Assembly (NCBI GenBank): GCA_977030845.1
Contig: OZ365113.1
Coordinates: 34,286,001 to 34,350,000 of the forward strand
Origin: Fimbriosthenelais zetlandica
Lineage: Eukaryota
Reading direction: 5' to 3'
Length of the DNA stretch: 64,000 nt
Shown: positions 1-12,900 of the stretch, piece after piece
Layout of the letters: every line of letters starts with the position of its first letter
Numbering within the stretch: position 1 is the stretch's first letter
The notes under the pieces: model-generated
What the model was told of the DNA's origin: nothing
The model's database searches: none
What the model saw: the letters and a program-made list of their open reading frames with translations, nothing else
Program-made: the position numbers and the translations under genes

Positions 1-429
1 AAAATATTCTAATAATTAAAGTACTTTCTCTCAATTGCAATATTTAAAATGTACAATGTCGGCCAACCTTCTGGAGCCGTTAGCTTAACTGTTGTGAAAC
101 GAAAGGTCTGTATTCAATTTAGATTAAAAGAGAAAAACTTATAATCAAGCTCAGCTATGTTTTTTTCCGCCCTATCTTTACAGAGAACATGGATTTTCTA
201 TTAACACCAGGCATTGTTTTGGCTTAATCATTCCCTTTATCAGCTATTCTAGACCTCACGAAATTATGATAGAAATTCTGACTGAAGAGGGAGAAAAACC
301 TCAGAGAAAATTAGTTGGATTAGGAATTTTTGATATCTAAATGTCAAGCTGAATGTCAGTTTTCTTGTGCTGTAGGATCATGAAAGCCTGGGTGTTGTTT
401 GTCATGGTTTGTCTTTGTCTTTTCTCTAG

Positions 430-3400
430 GTATGACGTCACATTTCTATTGGGTGGCCAGTGACAGTTGGGGGTCGAAGCTCTACCCTGTAGAGCGACAG
501 GAATGGGCGGCCGAGGGCACGGTAACAGTCCTCCCTCAAACTGAAGAATTGTCAGGTAAATTCACACTTAAATCTTTAATGTTCCCTCTCTAGTAATGTC
601 ATGACCCGATAGACGGACGCCCTGAAATCAGGAGCGATGCTATTGTGTCTTATAGAACCGATCTCCAAGCGATTTCGCGTCAAAACTAAAATAGATCGCT
701 TCAAAATTCAGCTTTGGAGATGCATTCGGCCTAGATCACTTTCATCTTCATCTGATCTAAATTTTATGACTACCTACTTTAGATTCAGTGATCTGTTCAA
801 ATGCAATTCCCAACCCACGAAAAGAGACATGTATGGTCTATTTCAAAAGTAGGGACCTGGATGTACATTTACAGGACAAAGGACAACCATGCCTATGGTT
901 GCACAACCATGTTTAGCCTATGGTTGCACAAGGGTCTTTAGGCCTATCATCGATCGAATATAGCATTGAACCTAAATACTATTGCCTATCATAATGTAGG
1001 GCATCTATATCAGGAAAAGTGCGGCAGAACCTGAGTCCTGCAATGCATTTTATGTGCATACAAAATATACTCAATGCATGGCCTTCCCCGTGTTAAATTA
1101 AACCAACGGTTTTCTTTGCCCAAGATCCGTAACATGAGTGCGAGTTAGTAACATTAAAGGTGCACAGTTTTATGATCATTTAACTATGAATAGAAACATA
1201 AATTGCCATAAAACTGGACGTGATTTTGTCTTATTAAACTACAGCAGCTCCATCTTTCTCCAGCAATAACGATGTGACAGCCACCATCTGAGCAAATGAA
1301 ATTGCGCCCACCTTTTATTCGTGAGCTGTTTTTTTCCAGGCCTGTCTCTGAAATGTGCAGGCTCATTTTTCATTTCTCATTTCTCGCCCAACAACAACAC
1401 CATGGTCAAGAGTTTCAGGAAATTCTCATATATGCATTGTAAGAATCCAATCTAGAAAGTACATGCTATAAGAGAGATCCCAGATTTGGCTGAGAAAAGT
1501 AATAATACTAATGCATACTGGCCAATGCATTGTGTATAGGCTATTCTTGGGATATTTCAATATGTTGGGAGCCCTCTGAACCAAAGCCCCTTTAAGATAT
1601 GAAGTTAGAAAAACAGCTAAGGAATACGATGTTATCAACAGGGTATAATAGGAAGGCACCTGGAACCTGTTTCATAACAGATCTAGAGTTGTAGTTGATG
1701 TCCACAATTCTTTCAGGTCATTGTACAGTAATGCTATAGCTTAATATATGGCTGTACAATGTGGATTGAGAACACAAGAATAGATTCAACAATAGGTTCA
1801 AGTACCGGAAGTGCTTTATGAGACTAAAAGAAACTGCTGTATTCTCACGAGACCTCTGCAGCTATAGAAACTGCTACGTTCATGACATTTATCACAGAAA
1901 TCTGCTAAAGTTCGGGTAAACGCAAATTTGTTATTTAACAGGATTGACAGTCTTAACCAAGGCAATGGGTGAGTGATTCAGTCAATGAAAACTTTAGATG
2001 TGACATCGCATTTAAGACATGCTAAGAGATAGCCTCTAAGCTTGAGCACTTTTCACCAGGAGCTTCCTTAAGCCTTAGCTGTATTCACCAAAAAATATGC
2101 AATTAAAATTGCATCGTGTCCATGTCATACTAGCACTTAGAGGGCGGGGATGTGAGAGCCTTGGTCAGGTCCAGGATATCCCACGAAATACGATAATGGA
2201 CAGTTTATCTATTATACACTATTTTACATTGAAAGTGATCCACAGAAAAAAAATGTTTTAGCCCATCAAGTGTTCTTGGAAAATATTCCTCGGGGCTATG
2301 ATGCTATATGATATCTTTATACATTGTTCCCCATCTATGCTTCTGTTCCTATTTCTGTTATAAAGTTCTAACTATATTACTTTTGCATTTACTTCAGGAT
2401 TCAATGATTACCTGGCCAATTTAAACCCTGCAACCAACACACGGAACCCCTGGTTTATAGAGTTCTGGGAAAAACATTTTCACTGTTCGTTTAGGAACGC
2501 ATCATCGCACTATAGAAGGTGTTCAGGTATGTTCGCTTCCTCTTTAAAATCATCAATTTATATATTATAGGTCTAGTTATGGCCTCATCCTCTTTCCCTC
2601 CTTCGCTCTCTATGCCTTCCTATCCCTTTCCCTATATGCTTCTCACTATCTTCCGCTTCTCACTATCTTCCCCTGACTAGAACTATTGCTAATTTTCTCT
2701 CCGCCCCTGCTCTCTCTTGCTCTCTCGGCCTTTGAGAGTGGAACCTCCCTCTCTTCTCTATCTCCCTTTCTGTCTCCTCCCTCTGTCTCTTACACTCTCT
2801 CCCCTTCCCTCTCTCTATGAAGATGTAAAATCAGGTTGTTGTACAACCATAGGCTAAAGCATTGTTGTACAACGACCTGATTGTCTATGCATATATGGAA
2901 TATCATTTCTAGCTATCAGATCATTAAAATATTAAAATACACAAATTATATAAAATATTAAAATATAAGATCATTTGAACATATTACAGGAAAAGAGAGG
3001 ATATCTCCTGAGACAGCCAAAGTCCTCCAGGAGGGCCTGGTACCGTTCGTGGTTGATGCGGTTTACGCCATGGCACACGCATTGTCTAATATGCATCGTG
3101 ACAAATGTCGGGGCAGATCTTATATATGTCCAGATATGCTTCCCATTGCTGGATCTGACCTCCTGTTTTACATCAGAAATGTATCATTTAGAGGTGAGTT
3201 ACTTTGACAAGTCCTTGCAGTAATGGTGGGTGATACGATAGATCGTATGGTTGTAGTGGGTTAGCTCCACTTGGGTTCTTTTACCTTGCAAGTGTACCTT
3301 CTCAACTCATCATAATTTACCATGCCCTCTAGCTAGACTGTCCTAGTATCAATTAGCACGCCTTTTGGATTAATTTCTTATGTAAACCTTTGGCAGGAAA

Positions 3401-6400
3401 GATAATTAACTGTGTCAAGGTATAGGACTGTATACATGTTCTTGTAACAGACAGTAACAATCTGAGCATTGGAATATTGCCATTCTGGTAACAGACAAAT
3501 ATGCTGCTGCATTTCTCCTCAGTTTTCCATTTGGCATTTGGTTTTGAGGAAATATTATATATCTATTCTATCAATGTGTACCGTTTTAAATGCATGGGAT
3601 ACCTCAAGTGACTTACGGTCATTTTCAATTCAAAATAAATCAAATTTCACTATGATACTTCAGTCAAGTTCAATCTCCTTTCTATTACATTTTACAGACC
3701 AAAGACTCTGGAGAATGTCCCTATGTTTTGGGCTTTAGAAAAAGACTCCAGGAGGGAGGACGAGATGAATGTTTTCGTGGATAAAACCCATCGTGAACAG
3801 TTCAAACTCAAACTTTCCCTGATACAAAAAGGCCAGCCACTACTCAGACACCAATGTATAAAAATATGAAGAAAATGAAATAGATGTTAATCCTTTATTT
3901 TGTTTTCTTTTTCTTTGTCAGGTATTACAGGCAATCATGTTCGATTTAATCAGGATGGAGACGCCTTGGGCAGATACACAGTCTACCAATACCAGAAACT
4001 GGAAGCTAATAAATATGATTACGTTGTCATAGGCAATTGGACGCATGGGTATGGATGGAATCCGTGAGCAATTATAAAATCTTTGCATGTGTAGCAAACC
4101 CCTTTTCTCCTCCATCAACAATTTAATTTCCAATTAGAATCCATTTATCGGAATACATCCCATGTGATTTGTCATCCCTCGAACCAAGTCCCTGCTGAAG
4201 CTTCATTAAGACTGAGATATTGGCTCATGAATACAGCCGTGGAAGGAATCACAATGGGCGAGTGCTATATTCAAGCGCGACAAAAATAAGTGCCGAGATA
4301 TGGACCTTCTTCCCCCATTTGTGTGTTTTAATTTTGTCATCCCACCTTCTTGTTGTCTCCTATACAACCTTCCCTCGATGGCCTCAAGCCAGTATATTGC
4401 ATGTTGTTTTCCCTCATACATTTCCTGCCTTACCCCCATCCCACCTTTTCAAGGGAAATACAATGGCAGTAATTGAATGCAGTTAAAATCAAACAGTCAT
4501 TCCATAAGAAACCATTCTGATGAATGGCAAAATTCCAGCCAGGGAATATTCCAGAATACATAACAGCCTGTGATCATTTCTTACAAATATCCTTAACAAT
4601 AAAGAGAAGGGTTGTTCCAGATGTCATGGAAAAGTTTTCAAAAGCATGGTACCTTTCCATACAGTAAATACACCTGTTCAATTGCACCTGCCCAGTATTC
4701 AATTTCACGGGTACAATACAACAGTATTGATCAATCTTTAGGTGTACTTCACCATTTATGATAACGAATTGAACCCCTCCACGTCTGTGGCTCAACACAA
4801 GGAGGGACCTTCCCTGGCCAATAATTTCACAAATCAATATTAGAGCCTTGCACAATCTTGTGCAGCTTGAAAGTGAAGGTAACCATTAGCACATGCTGTT
4901 CGTTTTTCAATCAAACCTCAATCAAACTGCTGGGATTAGTGTTCTCCAGGAAAAACTCACAGACTGATACAACGTGTCATGTTCCGGGGATGACTGGTGA
5001 AAAGTTACCAGAAAGCTTGTATTACAGATGTGAGACCAACCTGACACACTGGGGACATGGGAGAGGCTCTGTACTCCTAAAAATGTAATCAAAATGCAAG
5101 AGCGATCCGCCAAATGATTCTTCAGTCCCTTCAGCAAAATATTCAGACCTTTCTTCTATCACAAGCTACATGCATCGATTTTGATATTAAATTTTGATAA
5201 TATATTTTAAAGTAATATATATTTTGAAGTAAGTTTTGAGAATATATTGGATACATTATTAATTTGATTATTCATTGGATTAGATAAGTTAATATAAGAA
5301 ACATATTCAATTAATACTATTGTTTTAAGATTATGGAGCTGTTTTTAATGTGTGTTCCTCGTGTTTGTGATATGAATATTAATGGATCTCTTCCTGCATG
5401 GAATGTGCTCATTTGCATGTATGGTTGGTGTTGTTTACTTCTTGTGTCCAAAGTAAGAATTGGTGCTGGGCTTGACAAATTAATCACCCCGATATAATAT
5501 TTCAAAGCATCATTAACCTCATCCTACATCCAGTCTTATTAGTACATTGGCACAGTCAAGCTCAGGATTTCTCCTGGGAATATATATACAGCAAAAACCT
5601 GTTCTTTGGCAGTCAGATGAACTATACAGATTTTAGCTTGTCCAACTTCCAAACTTTAGTTTGAAAGTTAAAAAAATATAACATCGACATAAAAATCAAT
5701 ATACTCTCCAGGATGATAATTATCATTATCTTGATGCTCATTGGCATATTGGTAGTAATATATAATCAATAGAAGCAGAAATGGTACTAATTTAGATTTT
5801 AAATACATATTATTGTTGCATTTAAAATTCTGTATTATACACATACATGGCTTCCAATCAGCCATGGGTTAGGCTCCCTCTTTAGTCCTAATCATTAATA
5901 TTTGATTACTATATGAAACCATTTTATCGATCATTGCCAGGCCTTTCCTTTACCCTCTTAGATTATAATTGATTGGACATATCATGTAATGGATATGCCC
6001 CCTTATTTCATTATAACTACCCCGACTTTATACCATAATACATCTACAGATAGGGGGTGGGGGAGCTAATATCAACTGTCATTTAATATAATGACATATA
6101 TATCCATAATACCACACGAGGATCAGTTAGTGGGTATATGGGGCCCGGGGCTCCTTCATTTGTAACTTCCGGTATAAGAAGCTCACTGTCAACATCTATG
6201 TTGGCTATCATTTATCCCGGTCAATCAGCCAAGTGGGTCATGGACAATGATAGATTGGTTGATCAATTATTGATTGGGATAGCACAGAGCAATCCACGGG
6301 GCATGTTTCATAGAACGATGGTCTGTTCAAGGTGAAATACCATTCGTCTTAAGTTCCATTGCACACATGCCAAGCCATTGTACAACCATAGGCTAAAGCA

Positions 6401-9400
6401 TTGTTGTACAACCATGGGCTAAACCATTGTTGTACAACCATAGGCTAAACCATTGTTGTACAACCATAGGTAACCATTGTTGTACAACGGCCTGACTTTA
6501 TGACCCGATGGCCTCTAGATTCAATATTGAGAGTCTATAAAATTGAGTGCTGGCCCTTAGCTTCTATCCAATATTAGATATAATATTATATTATACATGT
6601 AAGAAAAATCAGGGCATTTAAGATAAGCAAAAAGTCTAGAATTACATAGGAAAACGCTTCTTTTTACTCCCTAAACTGCCTTAGCTATTTCTCTCCAAAC
6701 CCACAACACCGTTTGACTTTTTCTAGATACCAGAGCAAATTTATATCAGTGCTCTGAATATTTTTTGCTATGAAACGGACCCCGAAACTGTGTAACAGGG
6801 AAGGAAGAAAGGTGTACCAGTTAATCAGTAAGGCGTAGTTTTAAATGGCACTGTACTTAATCGTTTTCCTGATCATCAGTGATAGTTGGGGCATGGAGGG
6901 TGAGCAAAACAACACTCTTCCTCTCATACTTCAGTTCTGGTTAAAGATTTTTTTAGAATCCGAGATTGCTTTTGGGGGGATTGCTTTTTCATTTGTCATT
7001 TTTCCTAAGGTGTCATAACTGTTTATCCACATCTTATCTTTCCCTGGAAATTTGCTTTCTCATTTATCTATTTCTGATCAAATAATTAACTGTTGCAATT
7101 CATGACCACTTTTTACCAATTCCCATTCCACCCATCCATCATAATTAATTTGCTCATTTCAAGGATATCTGAATGTACTTGGAAGTCTAGACATCCTTTC
7201 AGACAACTGGAGCTAGCTACAAGCATGGAGTATATAGGAAATGCATGTTGCCATGTTAGGTAGTCCCTTGAGGTGACCTTGCAGTATGTTCGATTGGCTG
7301 GGATTCGTGTAACTAGGGGGAGACTTAGGACTCCTCTCTAATCGCACGCCCCTGACCCTATTGCCTCAGGCAAGACTTTTATACGGCCTCACTCAACTGG
7401 CTTAGGTTTTCCTCTTTTATTTTTTCTCCTGACTTGAGCAATCTTGTCGATATGTGAAGATGTTTGCTTTTTACACATATGGCACAAAATGCTTGAGAGT
7501 CACTTGGTCTTTCATTCACTTATGCACATTTTCCCATTCTTTTCCCTATGTCTAGATTCTCTCATATTTTCTCTTTTTCTCTTTTTTCTAGCATGAATTG
7601 ATATTATGCCTTTAGTCGAAGAAGTGTTTCACGGTTGACTAATAAAAAAATGTATATGTATTTTTCTTCAGACTGAATTTGGATCTTGGACGGGTTCAAT
7701 GGAAAAATGGATCTACCTCGATCCCCAAGTCAGTGTGTTCAGAGCCGTGTGCCCCTGGATATGTGAGATCTTCTAAAGGCCCCAATACTTGCTGCTGGGC
7801 CTGCATTAAATGCACAGAATATGAAATATTGCTGGACGAATACAGCTGTAGTGAATGTGCCAATGGATCTTTGCCGACCGAAAATAAAACTGCTTGCTTG
7901 CCACTTCCAATACTTTACATGTCTCTAGATAGCCCCTGGGCTATGGTTCCCGTGGTCTTCAGTTCAGTTGGAATACTCATGATCATCCTTACCATAGCTG
8001 TATTTGTGAAATATAACAAAACTCCTGTGATTATGGCTTCAGGGAGGGAGCTATGCTATGTACTTTTATTTGGACTTGCATTCTGCTATTCCATGACCTA
8101 CGTCATGGTCACTAGACCTAGCCTCTTCACATGTACTCTGCTGAGGATAGGCCTTGGCATGTCCCTCTCAATATGTTATGCTGCACTCTTCACTAAAACT
8201 AATAGAATCTCAAGGATTTTCAATCGTGGAATCAAAGCAATGGTTAAGCGTCCGAGCTACACAAGTCCTCGTTCCCAGCTGGTTATATGTGGGTGTCTTG
8301 TGTCTGTACAAGTCATGGGAGCCCTCACATGGCTGGGCATGGATGCCCCAGGCACATCCTATGCCTACCCTGACAGAAGAACTGTCATTCTTCGATGCAA
8401 AAGCACGAACTTTGCAATAGTTATGTCCCTTGTCTACAACATGATTCTGATTATATTATGTACTGTGTATGCCTTCAAAACACGCAAGATACCCGAGAAC
8501 TACAATGAGGCCAAATATATAGCATTTACCATGTATTCTACTTGTATTGTGTGGCTTGCATTTATACCAATATATTTTGGGACTAAAAATGACTATAAGG
8601 TAAGTGTAGTGTCATATTTTAACATATCTCTTGTCCCCCTCTCCTCCGGTCCCCCTATTTAGCTCTCCTCCCTCTTCCCTCCCCCTCTTCCCTATCCCTT
8701 TTTCCTCTCCCTGTCTCCAACTACCCCCTCTCTGTATCTCTCTCACTGCTCTACCTCCCCCCCTCTCTCTCTCTCTCTCTCTGTCCCTCTCTGTCTCCAT
8801 CTACCCCCTCCTTGTATCGCTCTTCCCCCTCTCTATCTGTCCCTCTCTATGTCCCTCTCTAATCATGTAATATGATATAAATATCAGGTGGCTGTTTTAA
8901 GCGCTGCTGTGTGAGGCTATTTTACCACTATTATCTACACTGTTCCAGCCTCGCGCTCCATTTGCCGGAGCACAACATCGCCACTCATTATCCCCTTTGT
9001 TAAGACCCTCCTCTCCTTTTTGAGTTTGAATGATTTGATGGCTCATAACGCTTAGGACTCTAAGCAAAGGCAATAACTTTGCCAATTGGCAATCGGGAAC
9101 ACCTTGCTTCCCCCCTATTACAAAGGGAAGGTGGGCCCTGTTATTGGCTGTTCTAGCCGTTTTTAAGCTGTTTCTATGACCTGTTAAAAGCACTTATAAC
9201 CTTGGTTTTTATCTCTGATTCCCTTCCAGCTTGCTCTGTTCTGAGTGATGCAGTTAGAAACAGAATTAGATGATAAACATTATTTCCAAGTATGAAATTC
9301 TGATGCTGGGATGCTTTTGACATTCGAGTTTTCCAGCAATTCCATTTCAAATCCTTTGCTATTATTTCCTTGGCAAAATCTGACTGGCATATCTGAGTGA

Positions 9401-9969
9401 ATGTTTCTCGAAAGGAAGAAAGAGAGCCATCCTGGATGGTAATAAAATTGTATAAAGACCCCCTCCTTACAATATTATTCACTTAATTTCCAAGAACATA
9501 TTTTGCATAAGATGATTATGAGCCATTCTGACGTTAAAAGCCCCATGCAATTAATTCATTATGTTCCACTGACAGAAATCAAGCAAATTAGATCAAGACG
9601 TAAAATGTTTAACGCAGTAGGATGCTATATTTAGCGTCCTGTCGCTTCCTGCACTAAACAATGCCATTTTACCAAACGCTGTCAACTGGATTATATTGCC
9701 TACCGCTCTTCCCCTTACTTCAATAGAAAGCCTATGGCAATTGCTGGAATAACAAAATGATCAGCAAACGTCAGTGTCATTGTCTCTTAATAATAATTTC
9801 TTTCTCCAGGTCCAAATAACTGCTTTGTGCATGTGTCTCAACATCTCGGCTGCGGTTGCCTTTGGTTGCATGTTTGCACCAAAAATGTACATAGTGCTCT
9901 GCCAGCCTCACAAGAATGTTCGCCAGTCGGTCGGCATTGCTGCTGCTTTGAATCCACAGCGGACAAGTG
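430..9969 (+). CDS. Metabotropic glutamate receptor family (class C GPCR), 5'-partial; exons join(430..555,2398..2526,2990..3193,3922..4048,7672..8599,9810..9969); C-terminal tail continues downstream
   Basis: All six exons have AG/GT boundaries with matching phases (1,1,1,2,0,1). Translation gives Venus-flytrap motifs (HFYWVASDSWG, NTRNPWFIEFWE..F.C, QEGLVPFVVDAVYAMAHAL), a Cys-rich domain (SVCSEPC..G......CCW.C..C) and a 7TM domain (TPVIMASGRELCY, KTNRISRIF, YAFKTRKIPENYNEAKYIAFTMYSTCIVWLAFIP, FAPKMYIVL.QP.KN). Confidence 0.96.
887..932 (-). repeat. Diverged copy of the 26-bp 'gttgtacaaccataggctaaa' repeat family
   Basis: Reverse complement reads gtgcaaccataggctaaacatggttgtgcaaccataggcatggttgt. 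Confidence 0.7.
2581..2818 (+). repeat. CT-rich polypyrimidine low-complexity tract (mGluR intron)
   Basis: Predominantly C/T sequence. Confidence 0.85.
2829..2882. mobile_element. 54-bp MITE-like hairpin with 19-bp terminal inverted repeats (1 mismatch), same family as the 6376-6496 array
   Basis: AATCAGGTTGTTGTACAAC ... GTTGTACAACGACCTGATT. Confidence 0.55.
6376..6496 (+). repeat. Minisatellite of about 5 x 26-bp units (cattgttgtacaaccataggctaaac)
   Basis: Units at 6376, 6399, 6425, 6451 and 6475, the last partial and ending ggcctga. Confidence 0.92.
8631..8860 (+). repeat. CT-rich polypyrimidine tract including a (CT)n microsatellite
   Basis: Predominantly C/T sequence; (ct)n around 8763-8781. 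Confidence 0.9.
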
Positions 9970-12900
9970 GTAAGAAAATTCTTTTCCGTTGTATCATTTA
10001 AATGTCAATATTTAACCTAATTTCTACTACCCTCTCTACGTCTTTGGGTTAATTACTTGATATTTTATACACTGTGTTCATATTCAAACTGTATTTGGGC
10101 GATGCTATAATGTCTTAAGTGTGTTTAAGTAAAATTAATATTCTCATAAGCTGCCCTTCAGATTCCTTGGGAAATCCATGGGGATGTGTTTGGGGTCTCT
10201 CTTAACCCTTTAAACAAATAAGAATAGACCAGAAGATCGTCAGAACGATAGCAACGTGAATGTTATGACCAGTTGTAGCCTACAGACTCGACATATTATG
10301 ATGAAATAAGTGAACATAAATTGTTCACTAATTTATGAGTCTACTCATACACGTCAAGGAAGTGAGGCTTTGGAAGACAATTAGTGAAAGGCTATGAATT
10401 ATCAAGGTGGTTCAGGTGGAGGTATTTAAATCAGTCGTCTGACATTAATGTCATGATAGAGGCTAATGATGAGTGAATGTGACTGGAGGTAGATAGACTA
10501 TATAGAGAGACATTCTCAGCTTTTATGAGACTTTACAAATGACACCAAACAAGCAGGCTGCCTTCCACTCATTCATAAACAAGTTTTGCTGCAACAAGCT
10601 CTTCCTGGCCTGGGCAGATGCCAAACAAGGGGAGATGCAACAAGGGGACACACAGGAAGTCACCATTTGTCCTGCCCAGGGAATGCCTCGTCTATTGATA
10701 AATTGAGATATAATTGTTCACCACAGTTTCAGTTGCAGTAAAAAATGTGCCTGATGAAATCCTATAGGTACGCTATAATGGTACTCGGCAGTCCAGAAGT
10801 TTGTTACCATCAGTGGACTGGGGAACCCCCTAAGTGGGAGGTATTTGCCTCGTTCTGCCCAAAGGAAATCCTGGATGAACCAATTACTTCATACAGGGTG
10901 ACCTCATTTGGAGAGCTCTGATTGGTTGATGACATTGACGTCATCCCAGCGTCACTGATACTGACCTGTGATTCTCTGTGACAACCATGTCCACTCAAAA
11001 CGTGTTGTAATAGGTGTCAAAGTGTGATATTTCATGGTTTGGGTTTCATGGCATGGATTCGCCTTGGGCTCTGCTGTGCTCTGCCCTCAACATATCAATC
11101 CGCCACGTTCCCTGGCATGATACGACTATATATACCCTTGACTGCCTACCCTTAGTCAGTTCTATGTATGATCTGCATTTGCTAGGTTTATGAGTGTTTA
11201 TGTCCATCACTAATGGTGGGCAGATACCACATATGTGTCGTCTACATATATATGTAACCACTCTTATCTCAGCCCAGAGCTGAGGCATGGACTGAGCACA
11301 TCAGATGCTGCCCAGTATAGTGTCAGCACCATGAAAAGCTTATGAATCCTTATGAAGTGTCAGAGATATGTCAGTGAATTCACAGAGATCTCTTGACAGG
11401 CTCTCGCGTGAATGACATTCACTATAGACAGCCTGCCTTGACAGGCTCGCCTGCAATGCCATCTTTTTGTCCACAGCCAAAATGATGGTGTATTAATGGT
11501 CCCTTTTTCCCCGGTGATGTTGCTTCATTTCTCCATTTTAACATCTTCATCAGTGAATGAATATAGAGGATATTATCAGGCAAATGTGACTTTCAGGGTC
11601 AGAAAGGTATTTGAAAATGTATACATGTATTATAAGGAGAAGCTCTGCTTTCATTTGAATGATATTCATAAAAGTTTCAAGCAATCCAAGCCTGATCAAT
11701 CAAGCCAAAAATGAAACTTTCATTTTCAAACTGAATCAGATACTCGTTCAATGCTGTGGACTGTATTGCTAGATGGTTGTTTTTTGAAAGTGGACATGAA
11801 TTGTAAGTTCATATCGCTCAGAATGCCATATTACGTGAAGTATTTATATATAATATAAGAAGGGATTTAATCGGGATTCTCAATGATTATTTTACATTCA
11901 TTAGAAAGAAATAAACCCATGGGAGATTATCAGGAATACCGCACCAATATCATCGCTATAGGGTAATACATATTGATGAGAATTATTATTGAAGATAATT
12001 AAGGATACAAAAAGTAACAGTATGTTCCCTTGGCATCCAGAATGTAATAGACTAATGCATGTGCAGTCGACAGCTATTTTTAGTGCATTCCAATATATTA
12101 TGGCAAAACAGAGTACTGCAATGAACATGTACATGTACCTATATTCCGGCTATCACCCAAAAAGCCATAACTGTCCGTGTTTTGTGCCCAGCTACCCGTT
12201 AGATGCTACTTAAGCATCTGCGGCCTTTACACACTAAGCACAAAAAGTGCTAAGCAAATATACAGAGATTCTAAGCTTATTCAGACTGAATTTCTCCTTT
12301 CACAATAGGCTGGCCAAATAAGCTTATACGAGAATTATATGAGAATATTCAAAGGTATAATATTATATGGCTGATTCTCAATTATTGGTGGACTGATTGC
12401 ACTTTTGGCTTGGTGTGAACGAGGCTTTATAGTGCCAATATCTACGATATCTCCCCCCTCCAGGGTTGAAGTAGATTCATAATTGGGACAGTCCTATGCA
12501 GCAGTAGGTGAGATTTGCTCTGGAAAAACAGCCTGCTGGTCCATTTACATCGCCAAGTGAAGGCATTCCCGTACAAGCCCAGCCACAAGGCAAAGAGGAA
12601 AATGCTCTGAGCACAGACTGTATCTTTTAACTGGTTAGGCCTCTATATATGGTTCAACCACTGAAGCAAATGGGTAAAGTTGCCCGAGCAAAAGCCCTAG
12701 AAGCAAGTGATGGGGGCTGACGAGGTGCTGGGAGCAGCAGCTAACATTATGACAACATTCCTTGAGCGGTGAAATAGGGTCAGTGTGAGGTCGCCGCCGG
12801 AAGTAGCGATGTCTGCGGCATCAGTAGTGAAAAGTGGACCGGAAGTAGGTCCGTATTTATGGCCTGGGGTCTCGTAAGCACGTGACTACAGACGAGGGCT

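Noticed and set aside
7679-8662. 327-aa ORF as a stand-alone single-exon GPCR
   Set aside because: It is one internal mGluR exon (7672-8599); it starts at TTG and its last 20 residues are intron read-through.
8612-8870. ORFs METERDRERER... and MSPSPPVPLF...
   Set aside because: Translations of the CT-rich low-complexity tract.
8880-9482. Two overlapping minus-strand ORFs (98 and 102 aa) as a nested gene or TE
   Set aside because: No recognisable domain, splice structure or TE termini; may be an old TE relic but cannot be supported.
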